From contig CBDCGL010000011.1 of NCBI GenBank assembly GCA_965216755.1, positions 288,001 through 352,000 of the forward strand: a DNA stretch of 64,000 nucleotides, written 5' to 3'. The notes under the pieces were generated by a model. That model did no database searches, had not been told where the DNA came from, and saw only the letters and a list, made by a program, of their open reading frames with translations. A program made the translations under genes and the position numbers. How positions within the stretch are numbered: position 1 is the first letter of the stretch; every line of letters begins with the position of its first letter. The stretch comes from Alphaproteobacteria bacterium (GTDB lineage: Bacteria; Pseudomonadota; Alphaproteobacteria; UBA7887). Shown here piece after piece: positions 10,916 to 20,546 of this stretch.

Positions 10916-13060
10916 ATGATTGCCGCGCCCGTCCTGGCCGTACTAGCCGTCGCCTTGGCGCTTCTGCTCACGCCTTACGTGGCTGTCGCGGATATGAATG
11001 ATCCGTTGGAGACTCGGCTGACGCCTGACTTGGTTCAGTCTCTGTTCCCAAGTGCTGATGGCCTTGACGTTGTCACCGGCGATCCGCCGGTGGCGCCGGT
11101 CCGCAAGGATGGGGCGATCGTCGGCTATATGTTTTCCACTCATGAAACCGTCCACCCGGTCGGCTATAGCGGTAACTCCTTCGACATCATTGTTGGCCTG
11201 GGAACGGATGGTGTCATTACCGGACATGTGCTGCTGGAGGAGCACGAACCGCTGATCTCCGAAGATATGATTCCGCCGGAGAACATTGTGCGCCTTCTGA
11301 CACGCTTTCACGGCAGCAATATCAGAGATATGCGCCGCGTGACCCCGCAGCCGGCCGATTCGCTTTCCGGCGCGACGATCAGTGCCAAGGCCATGGCGCA
11401 CGCCGTCTCCAATTCGGCTTTGGTGGTTGGTTTCGCCCAGGGCGTGATTGATGATGGTGGCGGTGGTTTGTGGCTCGATCGGCATGCATTTGCCGAACGC
11501 AGCTGGGCCGAACTGGTCGCGGACGGATCGGTCATGGAATGGCGCGTGACCAATCGTGATGTGGCCGCGGCGTTTCAAACCGAACTCGGTCCCGATGCCG
11601 TACCGGAGGTGCCGCTCGGTGTTGGTGATGAAACATTTATGATGGTCTATCTCGGTCTTGCCACGCCGCCGACGGTCGGACGAAATCTGTTTGGTCCGCG
11701 CGCGTATCGCGCCGCCATGGAAACCGCCGAGGCGGGCGAACATCAGCTCTTGGTTGCTTCGACCGGTGCCTATGGTTGGCTGCCGTCAAACCCGTGGCTG
11801 GTGCCGGAGTTTGATCGTGCGCGGATTGTCCAAAAGGATCATGTGATCCCGCTGCTGCCCGAAAACTTCTACCAGGTCAGAAGACTGGCGGTTGGCGAAC
11901 ATCCAGAATTTAACGACGCGGCGCGGTTTCGAATTCCACCCAATCTGTCGCTGAGTCCGTTGGAGCCGATGGATCTTGAGCTGAAGATCTTTGAACAGGC
12001 AACATCCGACGCGGAACCGCGCGCCGTAACGGTCACGATGCCTTATCGTGTGCCGGGCCAATATGTGCTGGGCGATGACGCGGCGCTGGAGAATGCTGGT
12101 TTCAAGACACCGACCTATATCGGCGTCGGATCGTGGCGCGAAAGCACGTTGACCGAATGGCAACGAACGTGGATCGAAAAACAGTGGACGATCCTGGGGC
12201 TTATTGGCCTACTGATTATTGTAACAATGGTAATGTTGCTTCAGCATCGTATCGCGCGCTCTCGAACCGGCCATCGGGTCGTGCGCATATCGATTTTGGT
12301 ATTCACGCTGGTGTGGCTCGGATGGATTGCGGGCGCGCAATTGACCATCCTCACGGTTGTCAGTTATCTAAGCACGGCGATCAATAATCTGGATTGGGCG
12401 TCGGTTCTGTTCGATCCCTTGATGGTGATCTTAATGGTCTATGTTGGGGTCACATTGCTGCTGTGGGGTCGCGGCGTTTTTTGCGGGTGGCTTTGTCCCT
12501 TTGGTGCATTTCAAGAGCTTCTCAATACCATTGCGAAGACTTTGCGGGTGCCACAGATCGCCGTCTCCCAAACGCTGCAACAGCGCCTTTGGGGCGTGAA
12601 GTATGTGGCGGCCGTCATCGTGTTCGGGCTCGCCGCTTTTTCGTTGAGCGCGGCGACCACGGCCGCGGAGGTCGAACCGTTTAAGACGGCGATCACGCTG
12701 ACCTTTCAGCGCAGCGCGCCCTACGTGCTTTACGCGGTTGCATTGTTGGCGATCGGCCTGTTTATCGAGCGTTTCTTTTGCCGATTTCTGTGTCCGCTCG
12801 GGGCCGTATTGGCGGTCGCGGGCCAGTTCCATGTGCTCAATTGGCTGAAACGGCGATTGGAATGCGGCAATCCGTGTCACATCTGTGCCGTATCGTGCCC
12901 GATCGGCGCGGTCGAGGACGATGGCACGATCAATATGCGCGAATGTCTACAGTGCCTGGATTGCCAAGTCGAAGCGTTCGACGATCAGCGTTGTCCGCCA
13001 CTGGTCACCAGGCGCCGGCAGGCCGCGCGGCTTGGCCAGTCGGTGCCGGCGATGGGTTAG
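10916..13060 (+). CDS. NosR/NirI-like membrane FMN-binding, 4Fe-4S protein
   Basis: VGYSG, flavinylation motif DSLSGATISA, GRGVFCGWLCPFGAFQEL, EVEPFKTAITLTF, RFFCRFLCPLGA, CGNPCHICAVSCP, ECLQCLDCQ...CPPL. Confidence 0.9.
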   Translation: MIAAPVLAVLAVALALLLTPYVAVADMNDPLETRLTPDLVQSLFPSADGLDVVTGDPPVAPVRKDGAIVGYMFSTHETVHPVGYSGNSFDIIVGLGTDGVITGHVLLEEHEPLISEDMIPPENIVRLLTRFHGSNIRDMRRVTPQPADSLSGATISAKAMAHAVSNSALVVGFAQGVIDDGGGGLWLDRHAFAERSWAELVADGSVMEWRVTNRDVAAAFQTELGPDAVPEVPLGVGDETFMMVYLGLATPPTVGRNLFGPRAYRAAMETAEAGEHQLLVASTGAYGWLPSNPWLVPEFDRARIVQKDHVIPLLPENFYQVRRLAVGEHPEFNDAARFRIPPNLSLSPLEPMDLELKIFEQATSDAEPRAVTVTMPYRVPGQYVLGDDAALENAGFKTPTYIGVGSWRESTLTEWQRTWIEKQWTILGLIGLLIIVTMVMLLQHRIARSRTGHRVVRISILVFTLVWLGWIAGAQLTILTVVSYLSTAINNLDWASVLFDPLMVILMVYVGVTLLLWGRGVFCGWLCPFGAFQELLNTIAKTLRVPQIAVSQTLQQRLWGVKYVAAVIVFGLAAFSLSAATTAAEVEPFKTAITLTFQRSAPYVLYAVALLAIGLFIERFFCRFLCPLGAVLAVAGQFHVLNWLKRRLECGNPCHICAVSCPIGAVEDDGTINMRECLQCLDCQVEAFDDQRCPPLVTRRRQAARLGQSVPAMG

Positions 13061-13164
13061 GGAGCTTTGCAACGCGCCGCCGGTACGGGTGATGGAAAAA
13101 GCACGGAGATGAGACGATTGGGGCGCGTTCTTCTGGCGACACGCCCAACTGAGGGGAGCCCAAG

Positions 13165-13845
13165 ATGGCGATATGTTTGATCGTGGGCAGCGACAAGGGT
13201 ATTGGCCGCGCCATTTGCCAGCAACTCCGTGACCGCGGCGAACAGGTTCATGCGGCCTGTCTGAATGATGGCGTCGATTTGACTGACGCGGGGATCAACG
13301 TGATTCCGAGGATCGATGTTACCTCGGACGAAGCCACGTCACGATTGGCCCGTGTCCTGCGAGACGGGGACATCGCGCTTGACTTGGTCATTCACGTGGC
13401 CGGCGTTTTGGGTTTGGACCGGCTCGGCGAAATCGACTTTGATGATGTGCGCCGCCAAATAGAGATCAATACGATTGGTCCGCTGCGCACCGTTCAGGCG
13501 ATACGCGATCGTTTTGCCAATCCCGCGAAGCTCGGGATCATCACCAGTCGCGTCGGCTCTTTGGCCGACAATGGCAGCGGCGGCATGTATGCCTATCGGG
13601 TATCCAAATGTGCGGCAAATATGGTCGGCGTCAACTTGCATCACGATTTGTCACCCCAGGGTGTGGCCGTGCAGTTACTGCATCCGGGCATGGTCGCGAC
13701 CGATCTGACCAAGGATATCGCCGGCGACTTCGAATACATTCAACCGTCTGAAGCCGCAGCCGGCTTGATACGCATCATGGATGAATTGACGCCGGAGACC
13801 GCCGGCCGTTTTCGCCACGCCAACGGCGAATATTTGCCTTGGTGA
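13165..13845 (+). CDS. short-chain dehydrogenase/reductase (CsgA C-signal-like)
   Basis: GSDKGIG, ITSRVGSLADNGSGGMYAYRVSK (YxxxK), LHPGMVATD. Confidence 0.9.
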   Translation: MAICLIVGSDKGIGRAICQQLRDRGEQVHAACLNDGVDLTDAGINVIPRIDVTSDEATSRLARVLRDGDIALDLVIHVAGVLGLDRLGEIDFDDVRRQIEINTIGPLRTVQAIRDRFANPAKLGIITSRVGSLADNGSGGMYAYRVSKCAANMVGVNLHHDLSPQGVAVQLLHPGMVATDLTKDIAGDFEYIQPSEAAAGLIRIMDELTPETAGRFRHANGEYLPW

Positions 13846-13923
13846 AATACAAGACTTCGGCGTGGTGTGCCGCCTTCACTTCGATATAGATCGTGGCCTC
13901 ATTGATAAGGGGAGGATCTAGAA

Positions 13924-14676
13924 ATGATGAGAGTTTACCGATACGTTCCGGGTTGGACGGTGGCGTGCATCAGCCCTTATGTTTCTAAGCTCGCGAATTA
14001 TTTGCGGATGGTTGATCATCCGTTCGAACTGGTGGACCAGGATCTGGCGTCACTTCAAGACGATGCTCCACGTGGAAAGTTGCCCTACATCATCGAGGAC
14101 GATGGAACCAAAGTCCCCGATTCCAATGAAATCATTGCCTATCATAAGCAAAAATACGGCGACAAACTCGACACCAACTTGAGCCGCGAGGAGAAGGCCG
14201 TCAGTGTCGCGTGGATGCGCCTGATTGACGAGCACCTCTATTGGTCGGGCGTTATTCAACCGCGCTGGCGGATGGACAGTGGTTGGGCGACCTATTGGCC
14301 CATCATTTGCGGGGGTGCGACCGAAATCCCGTTTGAAGTTCGCGAAGCCCTTGACGCATTTCGCGCCCACATCCGGGACGAATTCGTGCATCAGGGCATG
14401 GGGCTCAAATCCGACGCCGAGGTGCTGGATACATTTAAGGTAGATGTGGACGCCATGGAGGACTTCTTGAGCAGCAAGAGCTTCTTCATGGGGGCCCAGC
14501 CGACGTCCATCGATGCGGCTGTCTTTGCGATTTTGACCCACACGATCGAAAGTCCGTTTGATTGGCCGGGGCGTGACTATATCCGCGGCAAGTCATCGTT
14601 CATCGACTATATGGGGCGGATGCGTGAACGTTTTGATCTGGATTTCGGTATCGCGCCGGGCGCGGAAGCGGCTTAG
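13924..14676 (+). CDS. glutathione S-transferase-like protein (FAX/metaxin-like)
   Basis: SPYVSKLANYLR, APRGKLPYI, DSNEII, RLIDEHLYW, FFMGAQPTSIDAAVFA. Confidence 0.85.
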   Translation: MMRVYRYVPGWTVACISPYVSKLANYLRMVDHPFELVDQDLASLQDDAPRGKLPYIIEDDGTKVPDSNEIIAYHKQKYGDKLDTNLSREEKAVSVAWMRLIDEHLYWSGVIQPRWRMDSGWATYWPIICGGATEIPFEVREALDAFRAHIRDEFVHQGMGLKSDAEVLDTFKVDVDAMEDFLSSKSFFMGAQPTSIDAAVFAILTHTIESPFDWPGRDYIRGKSSFIDYMGRMRERFDLDFGIAPGAEAA

Positions 14677-14756
14677 CCTTCGCAATAGCGACTCTATCGA
14701 CGCATCTTCGCGTGGTACGCTCTTTCTTGAAGGGGCGCCTATCCGCGTGAGGTGGG

Positions 14757-17700
14757 ATGTCGATGGCGGATGTTCGCACATGGCTTGAGGAGCTGGGGCT
14801 CGGCGAGTACGCGGATGCGTTCGCGGCTGAGCGGATCACATTTGACGATCTGGCAAAGCTCGACGTCGACGATTTGAAAGAATTGGGCCTGCCCATCGGT
14901 CCGCGAAAACGCGTCCTGGCGGCGATTGACGCATTGGCATCGGCGGATGCGTCGGGCGCGTCATCGTCCGCGCCTCTTCGGGCCGAGCGACGCCAGATCA
15001 CGGTCATGTTCTGCGACCTGGTCGGCTCGACGGCGCTCTCGGAACAACTCGATCCCGAAGACCTGCGCGAGCTCATGCAGGCCTATCAAGAGGCCTGCGG
15101 GGCGGTGATCGAACGCTATGGCGGCCATGTCGCGCAATATTTGGGCGACGGTCTGATGACCTATTTCGGCTGGCCACGAGCCCACGAAGACGATGCCGAG
15201 CGGGCGATCCGCGCCGGGCTGGATATTGTCGGGGCAGTCAAAAAGGTCAAAGCGCCCGACTCGCTGCCCGGCCCGCTGCCCGATCCGCTGCAAGTCCGTG
15301 TCGGCATCGCCACGGGCCCGGTGGTGGTGGGCGAGACCGGCGGCGGCGATGCGTCGGTGCCCAAACTGGCTGTGGGCGAAACACCAAATCTGGCGGCGCG
15401 GGTACAAGGTCTCGCCGCGGCCGACCAGATTGTCATCGGTTCGACCACGCGGCGTTTAGTCGGCGATACGTTTGATCTCGACGATCTCGGCGCGCACAGC
15501 CTGAAAGGCATCGTCGAACCGGTGCAGACTTGGCGAGTGACTGGCGTTGCACAAACCGAAGGGCGTTTTGAAGCGCGCGGCGGCCACCTAACGCCGTTCG
15601 TCGGTCGCGATGCCGAAATCGCCATGATCGTAGAGCGTTGGGACCAAGCCAATGCGGGCGAAGGACAAGCCGTTTTTCTGTCCGGCGAGCCTGGTATCGG
15701 CAAGAGCCGCATCACCCAAGTGCTGCGTGAGCGTGTCGCCGACGAACCACATATTCGGCTGCGCTACCAATGCTCACCCTACTATACAAATTCGGCCTTG
15801 TATCCGGTGATCGAGCAATTGGAACGCGCCGCCGGGTTCGCCCGCGATGACAGTGCTGCCGCAAAGCTAGACAAACTGGAGCGCTTGTTGCGGCAGTCTA
15901 CCAGTGACGTCACGGCGACGGCGGCGCTGTTTGCGCCTCTTCTCAATGTTGACTCCGGCGACCGCTACCCGGCCCTCAATGTCAGCCCGCAGAAGCAAAA
16001 AGAGATGACCCTTCAGGCCCTCGCCGACCAAGTGATAGGCCTGGCGGCGAAACAACCGGTGCTGATGATCTTCGAAGACGCCCATTGGATTGACCCAACG
16101 ACGCATGAAACTTTGGATCTGATCGTACCGGCGATCGCCGGTCATCGCGTGTTGGTGGTGATCACCTATCGGCCCGAGTACGAGCCGCCGTGGGCGGGGC
16201 TTGCCCATGCGACACCTCTGACCCTGACCCGCCTGGGTAAGGCCAATGCGGCGGCGATGGTGGAGCGCGTGACCGGCGGCAAGCTGCTGCCGGATGATGT
16301 GCTGGATCAAATCGTCGCCAAGACCGACGGTGTACCGCTGTTTGTTGAAGAGTTGACCAAGACAGTGCTGGAAAGCGGCGCCGAGACAGCGCATACGATT
16401 CCGTCGACACTCCAAGACTCGTTGATGGCGCGCCTCGATCGGCTGTCGCCGGTCAAGGAAACGGCGCAAATCGGCGCCTGCATCGGCCGCGAGTTTTCAC
16501 ACGAACTCCTCGCTGCCGTCTCACCGCTCGGAGAGAATGAACTCAACGACGCGTTGCAGCAATTGATAAACAGCGAGCTAATTTATCGTTCTGGTTCAAG
16601 CTATGCTTTCAAACATGCATTAATTCAGGATGTCGCATACGTCAGCTTGCTCAAAATCCGTCGGCAGGATTTACACGGACAGATCGCATCGGTGTTGCGT
16701 ACCAGATTGGCGGAAACGGTGGCGTCTCGACCCGAGGTGCTCGCGCATCATTTGACCGAAGCGGGCGACGCAGAGAATGCCGTTGATTATTGGCATCGAG
16801 CGGGCAAATTGGCGTTTGTCGCGTCTGCGTTCGCCGAAGCTGACGCGCATTTGCGCCGCGGTCTGGAACTGATCCCGGAGGTTGGCGATGAACAACTGCG
16901 CGGACAGTTCGAACTCGGGATTAGGACGATTTTAGGCCTAACTTCACTCAACATGTACGGTTACGGCGCCGATGGCGTACTTGCATCATTTCGACGTGCG
17001 GAGGAACTGATCGGCCATGCCGAGAATGCCTCTGATTTGGTGCCAATCTTGTCCTCGCTCGGCGCCTACTATTGGGCGCGTGCGGACCTAAGAAAAACTG
17101 TCAAATACTATTCTAATCTAGTTTCGGAGGCCGAGAAATCAGCCGACCGGGATCTTCTGGTGCTCGGCCGCACCTGGCTAGGCAGCATTAAATTTCACGT
17201 TGGCGAAGGCGCGGAGGGACGTGCGTTGTTGGAAGCGGCGCTGGACGTTTACGACGTGGCTCGCCACGGTGATCTGTCGATCGCGCTGAGTGCCCACGAT
17301 GCTGGAATCATGGCATCGGCCTGGATTGCATTCACCGATATTTGGTTGGGTTTTCCACTTAAGGCGCGGCGTCAGATCGATAAAACCGCAGCAATGTCAC
17401 GGGAGATCAAGCATCCGGTGTCAGCGGCGGTCGGCCTTTCGATGTCGGCTTACGGCGCGGCGCATTTGAGAGACGGCCAAAGGGCCGCTGATCTTGCGAG
17501 TGAATGCATCGTCATTTGCGAGGATCAGAATATCCCCTACTGGATGGGGTGGGCCAAGGTGGCGCGGGGTGCGGCGCGCAACGAACTCGGTGATTATGTC
17601 GGTGCGTTGGAGGATTTGGCATGGGCAAAGGATCTGATGGACAGCAATGGCTCGTTCCAAACCAACGGTTGGATTAACCTGCACCGAGCCGAGATCGAAC

Positions 17701-18086
17701 TCAATCGCAGGCGCTTAGATGAGGCCGAAGATGCGGTGTGGCAAGTGCGTCAACATGTGGCATCCTCCGGCGAAGTCGTAATGTCGCCGCTTGGTGAGCG
17801 CCTCGCCGCCGAAGTCGAGCTTGCCCGAGACGGGATCGGCACCAGTCGCGCGGAGTCTTGGCTTATTGAAGCTCTTCGTGTTTCTCGCGAGCAGAAATAT
17901 CGACTAAACGAACTCAGACTCGCCAATTCTATTGCGCGCCTTTGGCAGTCCCAAGGTAAACATCAGCAGGCGCACGACCTTTTGGCGCCGATTTATGGCT
18001 GGTTCACTGAGGGCTTTGACACAAAGGATCTTCTGGAAGCCAGGGCGCTGTTGGATGAATTGGAAGCGCACTATAGGCAACGGTGA
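14757..18086 (+). CDS. SAM - class III adenylate/guanylate cyclase - AAA (STAND) ATPase - TPR protein
   Basis: N-terminal SAM (WLEELGLGEYADAF..LKELGLPIGPRK); ERRQITVMFCDLVGST, YLGDG, GETPNLAAR; Walker A GEPGIGKS, Walker B MIFEDAHW; C-terminal WFTEGFDT..L..A..LL. Confidence 0.92.
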   Translation: MSMADVRTWLEELGLGEYADAFAAERITFDDLAKLDVDDLKELGLPIGPRKRVLAAIDALASADASGASSSAPLRAERRQITVMFCDLVGSTALSEQLDPEDLRELMQAYQEACGAVIERYGGHVAQYLGDGLMTYFGWPRAHEDDAERAIRAGLDIVGAVKKVKAPDSLPGPLPDPLQVRVGIATGPVVVGETGGGDASVPKLAVGETPNLAARVQGLAAADQIVIGSTTRRLVGDTFDLDDLGAHSLKGIVEPVQTWRVTGVAQTEGRFEARGGHLTPFVGRDAEIAMIVERWDQANAGEGQAVFLSGEPGIGKSRITQVLRERVADEPHIRLRYQCSPYYTNSALYPVIEQLERAAGFARDDSAAAKLDKLERLLRQSTSDVTATAALFAPLLNVDSGDRYPALNVSPQKQKEMTLQALADQVIGLAAKQPVLMIFEDAHWIDPTTHETLDLIVPAIAGHRVLVVITYRPEYEPPWAGLAHATPLTLTRLGKANAAAMVERVTGGKLLPDDVLDQIVAKTDGVPLFVEELTKTVLESGAETAHTIPSTLQDSLMARLDRLSPVKETAQIGACIGREFSHELLAAVSPLGENELNDALQQLINSELIYRSGSSYAFKHALIQDVAYVSLLKIRRQDLHGQIASVLRTRLAETVASRPEVLAHHLTEAGDAENAVDYWHRAGKLAFVASAFAEADAHLRRGLELIPEVGDEQLRGQFELGIRTILGLTSLNMYGYGADGVLASFRRAEELIGHAENASDLVPILSSLGAYYWARADLRKTVKYYSNLVSEAEKSADRDLLVLGRTWLGSIKFHVGEGAEGRALLEAALDVYDVARHGDLSIALSAHDAGIMASAWIAFTDIWLGFPLKARRQIDKTAAMSREIKHPVSAAVGLSMSAYGAAHLRDGQRAADLASECIVICEDQNIPYWMGWAKVARGAARNELGDYVGALEDLAWAKDLMDSNGSFQTNGWINLHRAEIELNRRRLDEAEDAVWQVRQHVASSGEVVMSPLGERLAAEVELARDGIGTSRAESWLIEALRVSREQKYRLNELRLANSIARLWQSQGKHQQAHDLLAPIYGWFTEGFDTKDLLEARALLDELEAHYRQR

Positions 18087-18112
18087 ACGCGCCAGTACCA
18101 CAAACAAGTCTG

Positions 18113-18218
18113 GTCATGGCCGGGCTTGACCCGGCCATAAGTAAGCACAACCCCCAGCGATGCGTGCGCCCCCAGGCCGTTGGTGTTTACTTGCCCACGG
18201 GTCAAGCCCGTGGGCGAC
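18113..18218. repeat. alphaproteobacterial REP/MITE-like palindromic element
   Basis: GTCATGGCCGGGCTTGACCCGGCCAT ... CCCACGGGTCAAGCCCGTGGGCGAC, a pair of inverted hairpin ends. Confidence 0.75.
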
Positions 18219-18254
18219 GGGTGAGCTAAATGCGTTCTCGCCACAACAAAGCTG

Positions 18255-18338
18255 CTCATGACCGGACTTCTATCCGGCCACAAGTAACACTGCCGCGCGC
18301 AAGGCATGCTGCGCCGCGGATCAAGCCTCCGGGTGAAC
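18255..18338. repeat. degenerate second copy of the same REP-like element
   Basis: CTCATGACCGGACTTCTATCCGGCCA ... CCGCGGATCAAGCCTCCGGGTGAAC. Confidence 0.5.
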
Positions 18339-18564
18339 ATTGTGACGTGTTGGCCAAAAAAATTAGTTGACAGACAACACAACTTGAGGTGGAGTGTATA
18401 GCAAGCTTGGGGAAATGGCGCCGAGCGAATATTTTCGAGAGCAATAATAAGCCCATAAGACAAACAGTCGGCGACTGTGACCGTTCCCATATTGGCGTGG
18501 CGGGGGTCGTGGTTATCGTTTTGGTCGCGTAATTTTTGACCCATGCTTGCATAAAAAAGTGAAC

Positions 18565-18960
18565 TCACCAATAGTCGAGCATCATATGAGGGATGCTATA
18601 AAACATACATCGAAAAAGACTCGGCTCGCATTTCAACAAATGTGGGAGAACAGCCGGTAATTCGGCACATACATAGATCACCAAAAATACGATGTTGACG
18701 CTGGGGAACATGATCGCGCCAAAATTCAGGACAATCGTCACTACAAATGCCTTTTTCGCGGTGGTTGTCTGCAAAATCATGAGCATGTTGGCCAAAAATA
18801 TTAAGGCCGCCAATACAAAAGTAAACTGAATATACAGGGTGCGACTGGACGGTTCAAATACCTCTACAAACACGCCCAGCAATATGTACGCAAATTTCGG
18901 CAAGACATAGTTGATCATCATCCATGCGGCGGAATCCTGGTTTATTAATAGTCGCACCAC
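18565..18960 (-). CDS. hypothetical multi-TM protein, paralog A
   Basis: Hydrophobic 131 aa; clearly similar to 19851-20249 (DSAAWMMINxVLP, QFTF, LQT, KAF.VTI.LNF, VNIVF, terminal DY). Confidence 0.75.
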   Translation of the reverse strand: MVRLLINQDSAAWMMINYVLPKFAYILLGVFVEVFEPSSRTLYIQFTFVLAALIFLANMLMILQTTTAKKAFVVTIVLNFGAIMFPSVNIVFLVIYVCAELPAVLPHLLKCEPSLFRCMFYSIPHMMLDYW

Positions 18961-19241
18961 TTATTCTTTCGAGTACGAGTAGATAGTGTAGTGAATATCA
19001 TACCACAATGTATCCCGATGCCATATTCGCAATTTCGAGTGAACATCCAAGTTGGTCTTGACCACTCAGCGACATCTACCACCAAACAATGCGACGGCAG
19101 CATATGGCATCATCAATCATGATAATCAAGTAATAGTCCAATAAACAACCCGTTAAGCAATACCGAAGAACGTCGCACGTCTTCGATGGACGTGCAATTC
19201 ACGCTCTGTGCAGTAATTAAGTAAGCAAGGGAAAGTTCACA

Positions 19242-19694
19242 GTGAGTCTGGATAGTCGTGAGATCCAACGTGCGATAGAAGAAGCACTTGAGGAGCAGAA
19301 TAGACGCTTCAGTGGGTTAGATGAAATTCCTGCGGTCCATGAGCCAGGGATTAGATTTGGTGGACGCGGTTCACTTTTGCGTGTCAATAGTTTCGACGCC
19401 TACGTAGGACTAGGGTTTTGGGGGCCTTGGGTCGCCATATGGTCGCAGGTTGGAGTAATTGGACCGGACCGTGATCGAAGTCGGTACACGATTGATGTCT
19501 CGTACAGATCCGTGAGTGGCGGACGATCAAGTTTTGACGTTGAGATTAAGGGCGGCGACGAGTTTGTTAGATCGGTTGCGAATGGGTCCGGTTCTGAACG
19601 TGTGACGATTTCCGGTAACGTTGCGACGACGGTGTCGATTCGATTCAGAAGCCATAGCTTTGGGCAAGACATTCGAGTGAAAGTGATTGGCTGA
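19242..19694 (+). CDS. hypothetical 150-aa protein, possibly related to the colicin Z C-terminal domain
   Basis: GTG start with AAGGG RBS. Motifs WGPWV, SSFDVEI and IRFRSHSFGQDIRV recall that family from memory only. Confidence 0.6.
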   Translation: MSLDSREIQRAIEEALEEQNRRFSGLDEIPAVHEPGIRFGGRGSLLRVNSFDAYVGLGFWGPWVAIWSQVGVIGPDRDRSRYTIDVSYRSVSGGRSSFDVEIKGGDEFVRSVANGSGSERVTISGNVATTVSIRFRSHSFGQDIRVKVIG

Positions 19695-19850
19695 TAGCGG
19701 ATACCGAAGCATCGGGTTAAGCATGCGTATGGTGATGCATGGCCGTGCTGGATTGACGATGGTCGGCTTTGGGCGCGATGTGGCGGACCAAGGCAGGACG
19801 AAAATGATTATGGTCAACAGTGAAAGCGTCGGAATGCGGTCGCAGGTGCG

Positions 19851-20249
19851 TCAATAATCGAACATGAAGAAAAAGGGTAAGCTCGGAAATAAGCAATTGA
19901 AAGGGTGATATGGACATATCGACAAATGTTCGATGCTCATTGGCAAAGTCAGCATCATATGAATTGTCATAAATACAATATTTACGTGTAAGAAAAAATT
20001 GGCGGCAAAATTGAGCCATATTGTTACTATGAAAGCCTTTCTAGCGGCCTCGGTTTGCAGGAGGACAACCATATTCAAGAAAAAGATCACGGCCGCCTCG
20101 AAGAAAGTAAATTGTGTCGACAAGCCCGGTGCGACAATCTCAAAGGCCCGCATAACTGTCGAAAATGCCGTCGAGGACAGTTCCGGCAAGACGAAATTGA
20201 TCATCATCCATGCGGCAGAGTCTCTGTTGGACAGCATGAGTATAGGCAA
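19851..20249 (-). CDS. hypothetical multi-TM protein, paralog B
   Basis: Hydrophobic 132 aa; paralog of 18565-18960 at protein and DNA level. Confidence 0.75.
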   Translation of the reverse strand: MPILMLSNRDSAAWMMINFVLPELSSTAFSTVMRAFEIVAPGLSTQFTFFEAAVIFFLNMVVLLQTEAARKAFIVTIWLNFAANFFLHVNIVFMTIHMMLTLPMSIEHLSICPYHPFNCLFPSLPFFFMFDY

Positions 20250-20502
20250 TCCATTAGTGAACCAATAAGATATAGGTGAAGTGTAAGCATTGTACCATAG
20301 GTTGTTTCGGCAAGTGATCGGTCGTTTCAGGGCACAATGCGCAGTTTGGGCTACGTGTGAGGGTGGCGGAACGAGTTGTTGGGGGTTACGCGGTTAACCA
20401 CGGTCGAAGCAACAGCGCATTGATACAGGTGCAGGGGGGGGCGGGAAGGTTGGCATTGCGCGGCCGCCGTGGCGGTCGGACAGTGGTGGCACCGATGGCC
20501 AA

Positions 20503-20538
20503 TAAAAAGGGGCCGCGTGGCGGTTCACGCAGCCCCTT
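20503..20538 (-). terminator. intrinsic terminator after tRNA-Asn
   Basis: Minus strand AAGGGGCTGCGTG-AACCGC-CACGCGGCCCCTT-TTTA. Confidence 0.8.
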
Positions 20539-20546
20539 GATGAAAC

